Source: Amphiscolops sp. MND2022
Taxonomy: Eukaryota
DNA length: 64,000 nt
Direction of reading: 5' to 3'
Assembly: GCA_964187785.1 (NCBI GenBank)
Contig: OZ076413.1
Location: 49,540,001-49,604,000, forward strand
Part shown: positions 1 through 12,219 of the stretch, one piece after another
How the letters are laid out: the number at the start of each line of letters is the position of its first letter
Position numbering within the stretch: the first letter of the stretch is position 1
Notes under the pieces: generated by a model
Database searches by the model: none
What the model saw: only the letters and a program-made list of their open reading frames with translations
What the model was told of the DNA's origin: nothing
Program-made: the position numbers and the translations under genes

Positions 1-916
1 GGCCCCGAAGTGGCATTTGTGCATCGTTAATTTGAGACCCGCGGTCCGAATGCACTGGAACGTTGCTCGAAGATTGTTAATGAGCTGGGTAGCGTCGTTT
101 GCTGCAATTCCAATATCATCTATATACTGTGCTCATTGATCGGACTTGATGACTTTATCGAGATAATTGCGCATAAAGCTCGAAAAGGCTGACAGGGCTC
201 TACTTAGACCTTGCGCAAGTCTGCGGTAGGCAAATGCTCTGCTTGCAAAATTGAAGGCCAGCATCTCAATTGACCTTTGGTCAGCCATTTGGAGACAATG
301 ATATGCCTGCGAACAATCTAGTTTGCAGAATAGTCGTTTGCCTGCCATATGCTGCGCAGCGTTTGTTAACGTGCTGACAGGATGATTATTGTTAATATAG
401 TCATCAGATATTAAGTTGTTGATTTTTCGAAGGTCGACCAGAAGTCTTAATTTGCCGTTGGGTTTTTTTTTCTGGTCAAAAATTGGACTTGCGTATTTGG
501 AAAACGTGAGTTTTGTTATAATCCCATATCGGTGTAACAGAGCCAGCTCATAAAGCATATTTTCTTTGAGGTTAATTTGCGTCGGTAAGCCCTGACTATA
601 GGCTGGAGAGTCATCTTCGGGTGTCAGGTTGACCTTGAAGTCTTCATTCATGCCTATATCGTTCAACGAGCAGTTCTTCAATTTGTGTAATTTCAGTTGG
701 ATTCAAGGTCGAGTCTGTCCAATCGAAGTTCGCAAGAAATTGCTTCTTGAACTCAGGGTCATCTTGAGGATTGAGTTTTTCCAATTCCTGGAGGCTATGT
801 AAATCCTTCAAGATTCGTTGCTGAATTGGTGTGTGGGTTTCAGCGTCTCCAGAGTCTTCTGGAGTAGGGAACAAGTAGATCTTTTTGTCTTCTTCAGTCT
901 TGGCGGATTTGATCAA
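1..916 (-). pseudogene. pol: Reverse transcriptase region of pol, disrupted
   Basis: ORF 133-681 carries RT motifs. An in-frame TGA at 133-135 is followed by AQYIDDIGIA. A frameshift near 650-680 joins ORF 644-916. Confidence 0.9.
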
Positions 917-1083
917 ACTGCTGGCATAGTAGGCAGCATTTTCTGGTGGATTAACTTGTAAAAGGTGTCATGTGGTCACCAGGTCAATGGGCTTGACATA
1001 TTTCATCTGCTCTGGTGTCAGGACAGAGAAATTGGCAATGTGCGAACCCTGCTTGAGGGTATACGGTTGGTCAGTGAAGTTAT

Positions 1084-1864
1084 TTACTGAATTGTAACCT
1101 GACCTTGGGTCAGTGTGTTTAGAGCAGCACAAAAGGCAATATCGCCATTTTCTGTGAGGGCGTTGCTTGGTTGGAGAATCCCAGTGACATTAGAGTCCTC
1201 ATACATCTGGGAATGCATAGAGACCATGTGTCTGTCATATAGAGGAATAGTAATGATTTCCCGTGTGGTAATGGGTTCCATTACACTAGTGTACTTGTGG
1301 TCCGCTGTTTTTAATTGCATGGAAAAAATGGGAAGTTTAAGACTCCCTGTCGCATGTCCAGTATAGTATTGTTCTGTTGCAGGAATGAGAGGCCAATTAA
1401 CGGACTGGTAAGTTTTTCCATGACTATGAAGATCTCATGAAAGTCGATGTCCCCGACCTCAATTTGATTTCGACAGTTCTCTTTGGATTTTCCAGCTGTC
1501 CGTTAGCAACCATTATTTGGAAGTTTGGAGCTGGGCCCTCTTTTATAATTGACTGAGGGGCTAGCACATAGATTTTACGTCGATCAGTTTCAGGGATAGC
1601 GGTAGATAGGGTTCCCGTGTCTACAAGGCCATCTGAGGTTAGTTTGCCAAAATCCATTGGAAGGTAGAGCATGCGTCTCTTGGATTTCAGTCCTAAATTT
1701 GTTGTGAGAGGGACGTAGCTGGGTTCACCATTTCTTGAGACCAGCGTGTTGACAAATCGTTCTTCCACTGTTGCGGTCAATGTGACCGAGGGTCCAACTC
1801 GGGAAATATCTTCCTTTTGGTTCCTCATGGAAGTTTTGCCATATGTTTTGCCTAGGGTCAACAA
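1084..1864 (-). pseudogene. Aspartic protease plus downstream linker of pol, frameshifted
   Basis: GLVDTGTLSTAI and IMVANGQLE in ORF 1424-1864; the continuation is broken into ORF 1084-1320. Confidence 0.8.
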
Positions 1865-2328
1865 AGGCTTAAGATAAGTTTGTATTCAGGTTTCGATCGA
1901 TTTCAGATGAATCGGATTCCCTTTCGGTTGTGGTTTTGGTGTAGTTGCTGTGGAAATGTAAATTATGTTGGTTGTAGATGTAAATGTCCCAGTAGGGATC
2001 GAAACCGAAGTCTGGGTCTGGATAATAGAGTTTGTAAATATCTATAAGAGGGAGAGGACGAGTAGTAGTAGTATTGTATTGCTGTCCATCGGACTGATGG
2101 TCCAAGTCGTGTAAGTTAGTAGGGGTATTTTTCACCTGCTGCTGCCAGTCAGCTGATGATTTTTTTTGCGTGATGAATAATATTCAGTGTAGCAAATAGT
2201 AAAAGGGTCAAAAATTATATATTGTCTGACACGTAGTTTTTCATTAAAACAGAGTCGTGGCAAATCTAGTTTTTTGGGTTTTTAAGGATGGAAGTGGTGG
2301 GTTTGTTATTGGAGTCATCTTGACTGAC

Positions 2329-3397
2329 TCATGGTAGTTTCCTCAGATTTGGTGGTATACAGTTTGAAGTTTTTGGGCTTGAGATGGGCTCCAGCGCCTT
2401 TCCAACACCGTTCCGCCGGGTGGTTCGCTTTATCACAAGTCGGGCACTTTGGGTACTCTTTCTTGGTATTCTGGCCGTCATAGCATTTTCGTTCCTCCTT
2501 CCGTTTGAGTTTTCGACAGTCATCTTTGACGTGTCCAGGTTTTTTGCAATAGTTGCAGGTGACATTTTGGTCAATGCCCGAGGAAAGGAGGCCAGTGCCC
2601 GGTCGTGTTGCTGTTGGGGTTGTGGAAATTGTGGGGACGTGAATGTCATCACTTTCCTCAAGTCCTATCAGTTCTAATTCACGTTCCAGGTGTGTGACAA
2701 TCTATTCAAAGGTAGCATTCTCAAGTCGGGCTATATTGACTGAACGTTTCAGTTTGGGTGGCAGTTTAGCTTAAATCAAACTGTCAATCATCATTTGAGC
2801 GTTTTCTCCAAGGGCTTTTTCAGCGCCCTGGTTGAGTTCTTCGAGAAAATTAGGCAATTTCATGGTATTTGGGTCAAAAATTAGATTTTGCCATTTGTGT
2901 TTGGCCGTTCCCTGTGAATCAGGTTTGACATATTTGCTGCGGAAGACTGCTAGTATATCTTCCAAGGTTTGTCTTTTTGCTGAAATGATATTACGGAAAG
3001 TCTGTAGCGCATTTTTGCGCAGGAGTGAATGAAAATGGTTGATTTTCATTGTTTCCGTCATGTCGGGTTGCATCTTTATCATTGTGTGGAAAAGATCTTC
3101 GAACAGTTCGAACTTTTCGGATTTACCATCGAATGTCAGTGTGGTTGTACAAAATGGTCGTACCATCAGTGTTTGTGCTGACGGTTTGTTGTTTATTCCC
3201 ATCATAACATCTGCAAGTCTGTTGATGGGATCTATTAGTGATTCAGATTTCACGTCCCTGTTCCTAGCAGCATTTGGTTGCGTCTAGCGTGTCATTATTG
3301 AAACATTGTTGATGAGGAGTTATGTTTCGGGATTGCATGGGCCGTCCGGTCAGAAATTCAGGGATCATTTGAGGGGTAACGTTGGCTCCTGTCACCA
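2329..3397 (-). pseudogene. gag: Gag capsid and nucleocapsid remnants
   Basis: Capsid-like ORF 2771-3253. Out-of-frame zinc knuckles CNYCKKPGHVKDDC (2516-2557) and CPTCDKANHPAERC (2405-2446). Confidence 0.88.
3385..3397 (-). promoter_or_regulatory. Primer-binding site TGGTGACAGGAGC directly after the LTR end (..TTACGACA)
   Basis: TGG immediately follows the CA end. The related solo LTR at 60938-63089 ends at the same TTACGACA, fixing the boundary. A second copy lies at about 6410-6422. Confidence 0.75.
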
Positions 3398-4922
3398 TGT
3401 CGTAACCGTCACCATCACTTTGATTATAATCCAGTGAGTTCTCTCTACAGTGATTTTTCGGTCACTTCTCATGTTACTAACCTGGGAAAATCATTCTGAA
3501 CATCCTCAGCCACGTGGCTGACGTTTTCTGGATACAGTCTGTTTGACTGAAAGTCCTTCTGAGGACGTACTTGACTCAAATTATTCGGATGCAGTCCATC
3601 TGACCGAAGGTCCAAACTTGTGTTTTTAGCAGAATTTTAGCTTTTGACAGCGTTTTTAATGCTGGGAAGCACTTTAGTCTCAATTGCAGCATTATTAACG
3701 TCTAATATCTGAGAGTTTAAGTTTGTTTGTATTTCTTCAAACTTCTCAGACATTTGTGACGAAATTTCCGAATTGATAGCCCTACTAGTTTCCACAGTCA
3801 AATTTTTCTCACTGAGATTGGTATTCATGTAAGACCTGTAGTCATTTTCATTCTGATTAAAACCTTCTCGTCTGTCTGATCTTTCATGCACATTATTTCC
3901 ATTTTGCGATTCCCTATTATCTCTTTGGTAACTTCCTAACATTACATCGAGATTTTCTATATCAGACATCATGTCAGATTGTCTGCAACGTTTCTCTTTT
4001 GCTTTCTGCTTTTAGTTGAAGGCATATTCAAGAAAGGAAATTGATTTCAACAGTGAAGTATCAGGAATAACAAATTGAACAGTTTTGTGTATTCCAAGTA
4101 GATAGCGTTATCAATCAATGAATCCTCTTATCACAAGTTCCACGTATATATAGTTGAGACTGCATGACACGCGAAATTTTGCGTGGCATGGTCTAGATTT
4201 AGAGTGGTATCATTCTAAAAATAGCCTCGGTTCCACTATTAGGTCATTGGTTCTAAAAATAAAAGGGGGTGGGGGCTAGACGTTACCTCACTTATGTAGG
4301 TGACATACAAATAGCATCAAACAAACAGTGTGTAACTTTACATGTATCTAGTTTTGGGTTAAAAGCAACATTTCATATAACGGCATCATCAATATTCAAC
4401 AAATTTCCAAATCTGACCGTGCATCACTGTGACTGCAGTAAATAACTGGTACTGCAATCTGATTGGTCGACAGCTATCTGGGACCACACGTCAACTCGAC
4501 TGCAGTAATGTGCAAGTTGAGTACTCTCCCAAGATAGCGTTTAAAAGCACTTTTCAAACATCATTTGACTGCACTTGAGTTAATTTGATAAAGTTTATAT
4601 TGGTAATTAAGTAATTTACTTTAAGTCCGGAATAATTGTGTACAATTGCAATAATGAGAAATTCCAAATAATAATGTATCAGTAAAAGCTTCAAAATGCA
4701 GGTATTTTTTGTATGCGGTCAATTTGACCTTAGGTCGAGAATAACTATGAGGGATTTACATGTTTAACATTAATAATATGGTCCACATGCATTAATTGAG
4801 CACTAAATTAGCAAGATGAACACTAAATGAGTATTCTAGAGTTTGTTTTAAATGGGTAATACTCCAGGTGCTGGTAGTGTCTCATTACTTTCCGGCATCA
4901 TTTGGTATAGGGTGATGCCACA
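3398..4922 (-). repeat. Long LTR, copy A (outer end damaged)
   Basis: Plus strand starts TGTCGTAAC and aligns along its length with 6423-7972; the terminal hairpin of copy B is missing. Confidence 0.8.
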
Positions 4923-6089
4923 CACACAATCCAGTTTCCTCTCAAGAAAGGAAGCTCCTAACATGCTAGGTGAGAAACACTGAAAAAGAGATTTTTTTCT
5001 CTTTTTTCTTCATTTTTTCGAATGATTGCACATGCGTTTGTCTCAGGATTTATCAATGACGGAGGTTTGACTTCAAGTTTCACTGTGAACGTTTTGTTCT
5101 AGTTAACTAATTTTTCATTGTTCAAGCTTCCCTGACTGGGAATTTGAAGACACTGAGCTTCTAATTTAGGACCAATCGGAGAAATCCTTCTTGTCACATA
5201 CGTTCAAGATTCACTTTAGTTGAAATGTATGTTTTACTACAAAGTTTAGACTTCTGATTTGATATTCCGTACAGCTGTTAAGGCACCAGATAGCAAGTCC
5301 TGATGCTCTCTCACGCTAAATAGTCGTTGCATTAAACAGGAAGAACACTGTGACAATGTATCTTCAGTTTGGACACTCGACAAGCATATAATGAAAAAAA
5401 TGAATATTTCAAAATGCTACCTGAAAATATTCTGGTTCATGTTTTTTTTTCAGTTCAGCCGTTGTTCTCCGGTTTCTCAAAGCTCACATAGACACCTTCT
5501 CCGTTCAGATAAACTTTTTACAAGTAAAGGTTTTGAGATCCATTTTGGTTTTCTTGTCAGTGAGATGTGAAGATTAGATTTTTGCAATGTGTTCCGTTTT
5601 CAAAGTTGAGTTGCTACTACTGCTTAGAGAAGGAATTAGTTAAACATACCCATGGTTTTATTCGGGGTGGATTCAGGTCTCAAAAGAGATCCGCCCCTTT
5701 CCATGTTTCCATGTTTCAAGCTTGAATCAACTCTTTCGACGATTGCGAAATCATGTTACGGATTCCAGCAGAGAAGTCCTGCCTGAGAGACGCTTTTTAG
5801 TCCGTCAGGCTCGATGTTTTTAAACGTAATCAAAAAACGCTTGATCAAATATTATCAAGTTTCTTTCCCCGAAAAGTCCTGTTCAAGAAAGTTTCTTCTC
5901 AAAGTTCTGCAATAAAAAATATTTTAGTGGATACTCTTGTTGTAAAAACGTCTGAAAGATTAAAAACTTTTTTTTCAATACACTAGGCTTTAGCAATTTG
6001 AACTATAACAAGTTAGAATCGAAATCAGTAGTGAGATGCATAGTTTCTAAGTTTTTGCGTATTGATCTCAGAAATTTCAAACATAAATG

Positions 6090-6280
6090 TTTGTCATTAA
6101 CGTTAAAATATATTAAACTTTGAATTTTGCAGTTTTCCAATATACTTTTTCGTTCAGAAGATTTTGGTCTCCGTTAATAGAGCTCTATTAAAGGAAGCCA
6201 AAATCTTCTGAACGAAAAAGTATTTTGGAAAACTGTAAAACTAAAAAATTAATAAATTTTAACGTTAATTACAAACATTT
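6090..6280. repeat. Long imperfect palindrome centred on GAGCTC (6180-6185)
   Basis: Arms of about 95 bp (ATGTTTG..TTCAGAAGATTTTGG..TTAATAGAG / CTCTATTAA..CCAAAATCTTCTGAA..CAAACAT). Confidence 0.9.
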
Positions 6281-6345
6281 TTTTAGTCCAAATCGTTTTT
6301 TACAATCAGAGGTCAAATTCATTTATTACAGTATGGTATGTTAGG

Positions 6346-7056
6346 TTAACTGTGCGCCCCTATAGATTGTTTGATCATGGTATCAGGGATCATTTGAGGG
6401 GTAATGTTGGCTCCTGTCACCATGTCGTAACCGTCACCATCACTTTGATTATAATCCAGTGAATTCTCTCTACAGTGATTTTTTTGGTCACTTCTCATCG
6501 TTACTAACCTGGGAAAATCATTCTGAACATCCTCAGCCACGTGGCTGACGTTTTCTGGAAACAGTCTGTTTGACTGAAAGTCCTTCTGAGGACGTACTTG
6601 ACTCAAATTATTCGGATGCAGTCCATCTGACCGAAGGTCCAAATTTGTGTTTTTAGCAGAATTTTGGTTTTTGACAGCGTTTTTAATGCTGGGAAGCACT
6701 TTAGTCTCAATTGCAGCCTTATTAACGTCTAATATCTGAGAGTTTAAATTTGTTTGTATTTCTTCAAACTTCCTAGACATTTGTGACAAAATTTCCGAAC
6801 TGATAGCCCTACTAGTTTCCACAGTCAAACTATTCTCACTGAGATTGGTATTCAAGTAAGACCTGTAGTCATTTTCATTCTGATTAAAACCTTCTTCTCG
6901 TCTGTCTGATCTTTCATGGACGTTATTTCCATTTTGCGATTCCCTATTATCTCTTTGGTAACTTCCTAACATTACATCGAGATTTTCTATATCAGACATC
7001 ACGTCACATTGTCTGCAACGTTTCTCTATTGCTTTCTGCTTTCTAGTTGAAGGCAT
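6346..7056 (-). CDS. N-terminal Gag region beginning inside the LTR, truncated by the duplication junction at 6383
   Basis: ATG at 7056 (MPSTRKQK..) reads open through the LTR end and PBS (GYD|MVTG). The copy at 3398-4026 is frameshifted. Confidence 0.7.
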   Translation of the reverse strand: MPSTRKQKAIEKRCRQCDVMSDIENLDVMLGSYQRDNRESQNGNNVHERSDRREEGFNQNENDYRSYLNTNLSENSLTVETSRAISSEILSQMSRKFEEIQTNLNSQILDVNKAAIETKVLPSIKNAVKNQNSAKNTNLDLRSDGLHPNNLSQVRPQKDFQSNRLFPENVSHVAEDVQNDFPRLVTMRSDQKNHCRENSLDYNQSDGDGYDMVTGANITPQMIPDTMIKQSIGAHS

Positions 7057-7972
7057 ATTCAAGAAAGGAAATTGATTTCAACAGTGAATTATCAGGAATA
7101 ACAAATTGAACAGTTTTGTGTATTCCAAGTAGATAGCGTTATCAATCAATGAATCCTTTTATCACAAGTTCCACGTATATATAGTTGAGACTGCATGACA
7201 CGCAAAATTTTGCGTGACATGGGCTAGATTTAGGGTGGTATCATTCTAAAAACAGCCTCGGTTCCACTATTAGGTCATTGGTTCTAAAAATAAACAGGGG
7301 TGGGGGGGCTAGACGTTACGTCACTTAAGTAGGTGAGATACAAATAGCATCAAACAAACAGTGTGTAACTCTACATGTATCTAGTTTTGGGTTGAAAGCA
7401 ACATTTCATATAGCGGCATCATCAATATTCACTAAATTTCCAAATCTGACCGTGCGTCACTGTGACTGCAGTAAACAACTGGTACTGCAATCTGATTGGT
7501 CGACAGCTATCTGGGACCACACGTCAACTCGACTGCAGTAATGTGCAAGTTGAGTACTCTCCCAAGATAGCGTTTAAAAGCACTATTTAAACATCATTTG
7601 ACTGCACTTGAATTAATTTGATAAGGTTTATATTGGTAATTAGGTAATTTACTTCAAGTCCGGAATAATTGTGTACAATTGCAATATTGAGAAATTCCAA
7701 ATAATAATGTATCAGTAATAGCTTCAAAATGCAGATATTTTTTGTATGCGGTCAATTTGACCTTAGGTCGAGAATAACTATGAGGTATTTACATGTTTAA
7801 CATTATTAATATGGTCCACATACAATAATTGAGCACTAAATTAGCAAGATGAACACTAAATGAGTATTCTAGAGTTTGTTTTAAATGTCTAATACTCCAG
7901 GTGCTGGTAGTGTCTCATTACTTTCCGGCATCATTTGGTATAGGGTGCCGTCGCAAGCGGTAGCTTGCGACA
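6423..7972 (-). repeat. Long LTR, copy B (1550 bp)
   Basis: Inverted termini TGTCGTAA...TTGCGACA, with a PBS adjacent on the internal side. Confidence 0.82.
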
Positions 7973-9687
7973 CACACAACCCAGTTTCCTCTCAAGAAAG
8001 GAAGCTCCTAACATGCTAGGTGAGAAACACTGAAAAAGAGATTTTTTTTTCTCTTTTTTCTTCATTTTTTCGAATGATTGCACATGCGTTTGTCTCAGGA
8101 TTTATCAATGACGGAGGTTTGACTTCAAGTTTCACTGTGAACGTTTTGTTCTAGTTAACTAATTTTTCATTGTTCAAGCTTCCCTGACTGGGAATTTGAA
8201 GACACTGAGCTTCTAATTTAGGACCAATCGGAGAAATCCTTCTTGTCACATACGTTCAAGATTCACTTTAGTTGAAATGTATGTTTTACTACAAAGTTTA
8301 GACTTCTGATTTGATATTCCGTACAGCTGTTAAGGCACCAGATAGCAAGTCGTGATGCTCTCTCACGCTGAATAGCCGTTGCATAAAACAGGAAGAACAC
8401 TGTGACAATGTATCTTTAGTTTGGACACTCGACAAGCATATAATGAAGAAAATGAATATTTCAAAACGCTACCTGAAAATATTCTGGTTCATGTTTTTTT
8501 TCAGTTCGGACGTTGTTCTCCGGTTTCTCAAAGCTCACATAGACACCTTCTCCGTTCAGATACAATTTTTACAAGTAAAGGTTTTGGAGATCCATTTTGG
8601 TTTTTTGTCAGTGAGATGTGAAGATTAGATTTTTGCAATGTGTTCCGTTTTCAAAGTTGAGTTGCTACTACTGCTTAGACAAGGAATTGGTTTTATTCGG
8701 GGTGGATTCAGTTCTCAAAGGAGTTCCGCTCCTTTCCATGTTTCCATGTTTCAAGCTTGAATCCATGTTACGGATTCCAGCAGAGGTGTCCTGTCTGAGA
8801 GACGCTTTTTAGTTCGTCAGGCTCGATGTTTTTAAAGGTAATCAAAAAACGCTTGATCAAATATTATCAAGTTTCTTTCCCCGAAATGTCCTGTTCTAGA
8901 AGGTTTCTTTACAAAGTTCTGCAATAAAAAATATTTTAGTGGATACTCTGGTTGGAAAAGCGTCTGAAAGATTAAAAACTTATTTTTTTTCAATACTCAA
9001 GGCTTTATAAACTAATAGAACTCTATAGAAATTAGAAATAAAACAAGTTAGAATCGAAATCAGTATTGAGTTGCATAGTTTCTAAGTTTTTGCATATTGA
9101 TCTCAGAATTTTCAAACAAAAATGTTTGTAATTAACGATAAAATTTATTAAACTTTTAGTTTTACAGTTTTCCAAAATACTTTTTCGTTCAGAAGATTTT
9201 GGTTTCCTTTAATAGAGTCCAAATAATTTTTTTACAATCAGAGGTCCAATTCATTTATTACAGTATGGTATATTAGATTAACTTTGCGCCCCTATAGTTT
9301 GTTTGATCATGGTACTTAGCTTGTATTAATTAAATTCAACATAATTTTAGAAGACTTTAAATTTTTGTCCTGAACTTTTATTATCTTTTAATAACTTTCA
9401 AAATTTCTGACAACTAATCTACTAAATTCCTTTGTCGAATTTCCTTTTTCCTTTGATTTGAAGCCTTCGTTTTGAATTGTTGGATCTTTGTTCTTACCAA
9501 TTTTTTGCGTCAACATCAAGACGGAAATTTCAAATGTGAAAACGATTGTGTTGACAATAAAATTGTTTAAAGTGATCACTAGGAACATTTTTTCCGGCAC
9601 TTTACTCAGACTTTTCGGCGCAGTTTTTTGGCACGAAATCCCTATTTTCGGCATTTCTCGGCAATTTCGTGGAAAACAAGTAACAAG

Positions 9688-10007
9688 TAAAGTACTTGTT
9701 TTGTTCTTATAGATCGGTGTTACTGAGATAGAGTGTTCAAATGATCTTAGTACTTTAAGAGACACTAACAGAGCTGCAGATATTAGGTCTTAAGGGAAGA
9801 CAACTGGTTGGTGAAGAATGAATTTTAGTTGTGTCTAAATCAAAGTGCATTGTACAGAATATTAAGTGGGTACATTAAGTTTACATCTAGAATATTAATC
9901 AGATACATTGATGAGATGGAGTACATTTATTATGAAGTCTAGAAGTCTAGACATAAGGGGAGTTGGGGGGACGATACAGCACTACACAACATATATCTGG
10001 TATATCA
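9688..10007 (-). repeat. 3' LTR (TGATATAC...GTACTTTA)
   Basis: No difference from 28219-28538 found by eye. Confidence 0.97.
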
Positions 10008-11325
10008 TCCGACCGGGTTTTGAAAAAAAAGAGAAGAGAAGAAAAATTTTGGAGTTATGGTTAAAAGATATCTTAGAATTTAGAGTTCCATTAAAAAGGT
10101 TGGAGTTTGGTTTAATATGTTTAGAGAGAGGGGAGGGAGAAATTTCAATGATCTTGTAATAGTAGTTTCAATTTTAAAAGTTGTCTTCATATATTTTATG
10201 AATAATTAAAAAAATATTATTATGTTTGAGTTGTCTTCAAATCTTTCCTTTCGTGAGTTGCGGGCGATTTTCAAATTTTTTAGTATAAAGAAGCGTATTT
10301 TCGAGGGAGTTAAGTATTCACCTTAGTTCAAAGGTCCGAAAGACGTGAAAGAGTAGAGAATAAAGATTCTGATTTTAATTATTTTCTGTTAATTATTTGA
10401 AATGCGATTTTGTCATGTTGGATAAGAATTCGGTAAAATGATTTCAGATTTCATGAAAATTTTGTACAGAACAAATGAGTTAGTATTTTCAGAATTTTAG
10501 TATCTTCCGAGGCGGTAAAAGTTTGATTGACAAGGAGGGGAAGAGAAAAAATTGAGATATGGCAAGATTTTGACAGCCTAATTAACAAGAAAATTCTATC
10601 AAGAAGCCGAAGATTCTTAGTTGTTTGATAACTAAGCGTTGATCTTATGGCCTTTTTAATCAACTAAAATGAGACATTAGAATCTTCAAAGCAAAAGGCG
10701 GTGGCAAAAGCAAATTTTGAGCGAAAACAAAGCCATATGAGTCAAGAGTTGTTCAAAATTAAATCACGTGGCAGGTATGTTGTCAATTGAAAAAATGAAA
10801 GAAATGTTTTGATCACGCGAATTTTTGTGTCTAAAAAAGAAAGCGAAGAAAGGTGAGATATCGAGGTAAGTTGGTTTGAATATATGATTAAGTAGGAGTA
10901 GAATGAAAAAGATAAATTTTGTAGAATTGAAGTTAAAGAGGAGTGAATTCAAAATTTGTTTGGAAGGAAGATAAAAATTTTTGATGTAGTATAATTCAAA
11001 AGTTTGGGAATGGTGAAAAAAAAGGAAAAATAGGGGAAAGCTCCAGTATATAAGAGAAGGGAGGTCTAAAACAACATGCTAAGATAGAATTTTGGGAAAT
11101 GGATTTTTTAGAACCGAAGTTATAAGCAAATGTTTGAAATAAAAAGTGAAAATTTGAGTTTGGAAATTTTGAAAAGTTTAGAAAAAATGGAAAGCATAGC
11201 ACAATAAGAGGTGTTATGACGGTCAAGAATAAGGGGGGGGGGTTAAACGAAATGTTGAAAATCAAACAAATGAAACATGGTCAAAATTGTGAGATAAATT
11301 TCCAAAAATATTTGAACAAACAATA

Positions 11326-12219
11326 TTAATCAACATCGTTCAATGAAGTTACCAGCGGGTCTAAATCATTTAGAGGGGAGGGAGGTTGAAAAGTGGGGGT
11401 TATTGCTTCAACACGAATGGGAATTAATGCTGGGGAAGGTGGAGGGGGAGGAAAATGTGAATGCATAGTGTATTTGAGGGGAACATGGGAACAATGGAGG
11501 GGATTAGAAGGAAAACAATTATAGTGATTACAGCAATTATGTGAAGGTATTTGAATAGAGAGAGGGGATAATTGCATAGGCTGAGTCGTTTTAAATTTGC
11601 GTAATTTGGAAAGAGGGGGTGTATTATTAAGTTTATCTAATTCAAAGGTAGTCTGTTCAATCAGTTCGTCAAGGTGTTTTTCATATACTTTTAAAGCAGT
11701 GATGTACTGGTTCAATTTCTGTTTATAGACCACAGTGTGGACCAGACGACGAACAGGTTGATGAATTATTTCTGATGGCAAGTGGAGACGTTTTGGATGT
11801 TTGGGTTTCTTCTGCTGGAGATCGCGAGTTAATTGGCGGACAGCTGAATGTTGTTGAAAATGTGGGGAAGTGGCGACAGCATCTTGAGGATGAATGAAGA
11901 AAGGAAGGTTGATTTCTGGAACTGGAGACGAAATTGAAGAAAATACTGGAAATGGAGGTGGGACAGATGGAGTGGAGGCTGTAGTATTGACGAAAGAAGT
12001 GTTGGCGGAAGAAGAAATGGGTGAAGATGAAAGAGCAGATGTTACAGATGCAACATGAGAGGGTATGATAGAGACAGTAGTGGATGATGTGGATGATGGA
12101 GACGTAGTGGCAGCTGTTGGGAGAATAAATGTGGAAGATGTGGAAGAAACAGGAACTGGCAATGCAGAGTCCAGAAGTTGATTCAGGAGAGGGTATGCCA
12201 CTGGCAAAGAAGATGTCAT
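11326..12219 (-). CDS. Accessory protein, 297 aa; Ser/Thr/Pro-rich with a central helical segment and a Cys/His patch; function unknown
   Basis: ATG-initiated sense-strand ORF inside the element; no family recognised. Confidence 0.7.
   Translation of the reverse strand: MTSSLPVAYPLLNQLLDSALPVPVSSTSSTFILPTAATTSPSSTSSTTVSIIPSHVASVTSALSSSPISSSANTSFVNTTASTPSVPPPFPVFSSISSPVPEINLPFFIHPQDAVATSPHFQQHSAVRQLTRDLQQKKPKHPKRLHLPSEIIHQPVRRLVHTVVYKQKLNQYITALKVYEKHLDELIEQTTFELDKLNNTPPLSKLRKFKTTQPMQLSPLSIQIPSHNCCNHYNCFPSNPLHCSHVPLKYTMHSHFPPPPPSPALIPIRVEAITPTFQPPSPLNDLDPLVTSLNDVD

Larger units (their letters stand above)
1..4922 (-). mobile_element. Decayed Ty3/gypsy LTR retrotransposon (5' LTR, gag, protease, RT); runs off the left edge of the window
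   Basis: Fragmented minus-strand ORFs in gypsy order: LTR-borne ORF, capsid-like (PINRLADV..FDGKSEKFELFEDLF), two CCHC knuckles, aspartic protease (LVDTG), RT (ASPIF..KLRLLVDLRKIN, KLDCSQAY, YIDD at 115-126). Many frameshifts and stops. Confidence 0.92.
3358..9314. repeat. Tandem segmental duplication: copy A 3358-6382, copy B 6383-9314
   Basis: Both copies start TCAGGGATCATTTGAGGGGTAA and end GTTTGATCATGGTA; collinear with scattered substitutions and indels. Confidence 0.95.

Noticed and set aside
4903..4920. Alternative PBS (TGGCATCACCC) for the left element
   Set aside because: Absent from copy B, where this position is the LTR outer end; the solo LTR with TSD fixes the other boundary.
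9908..10159. ORFs here and at 28439-28804 sharing an N-terminus
   Set aside because: Antisense frames starting in the LTR copies; no coding evidence.
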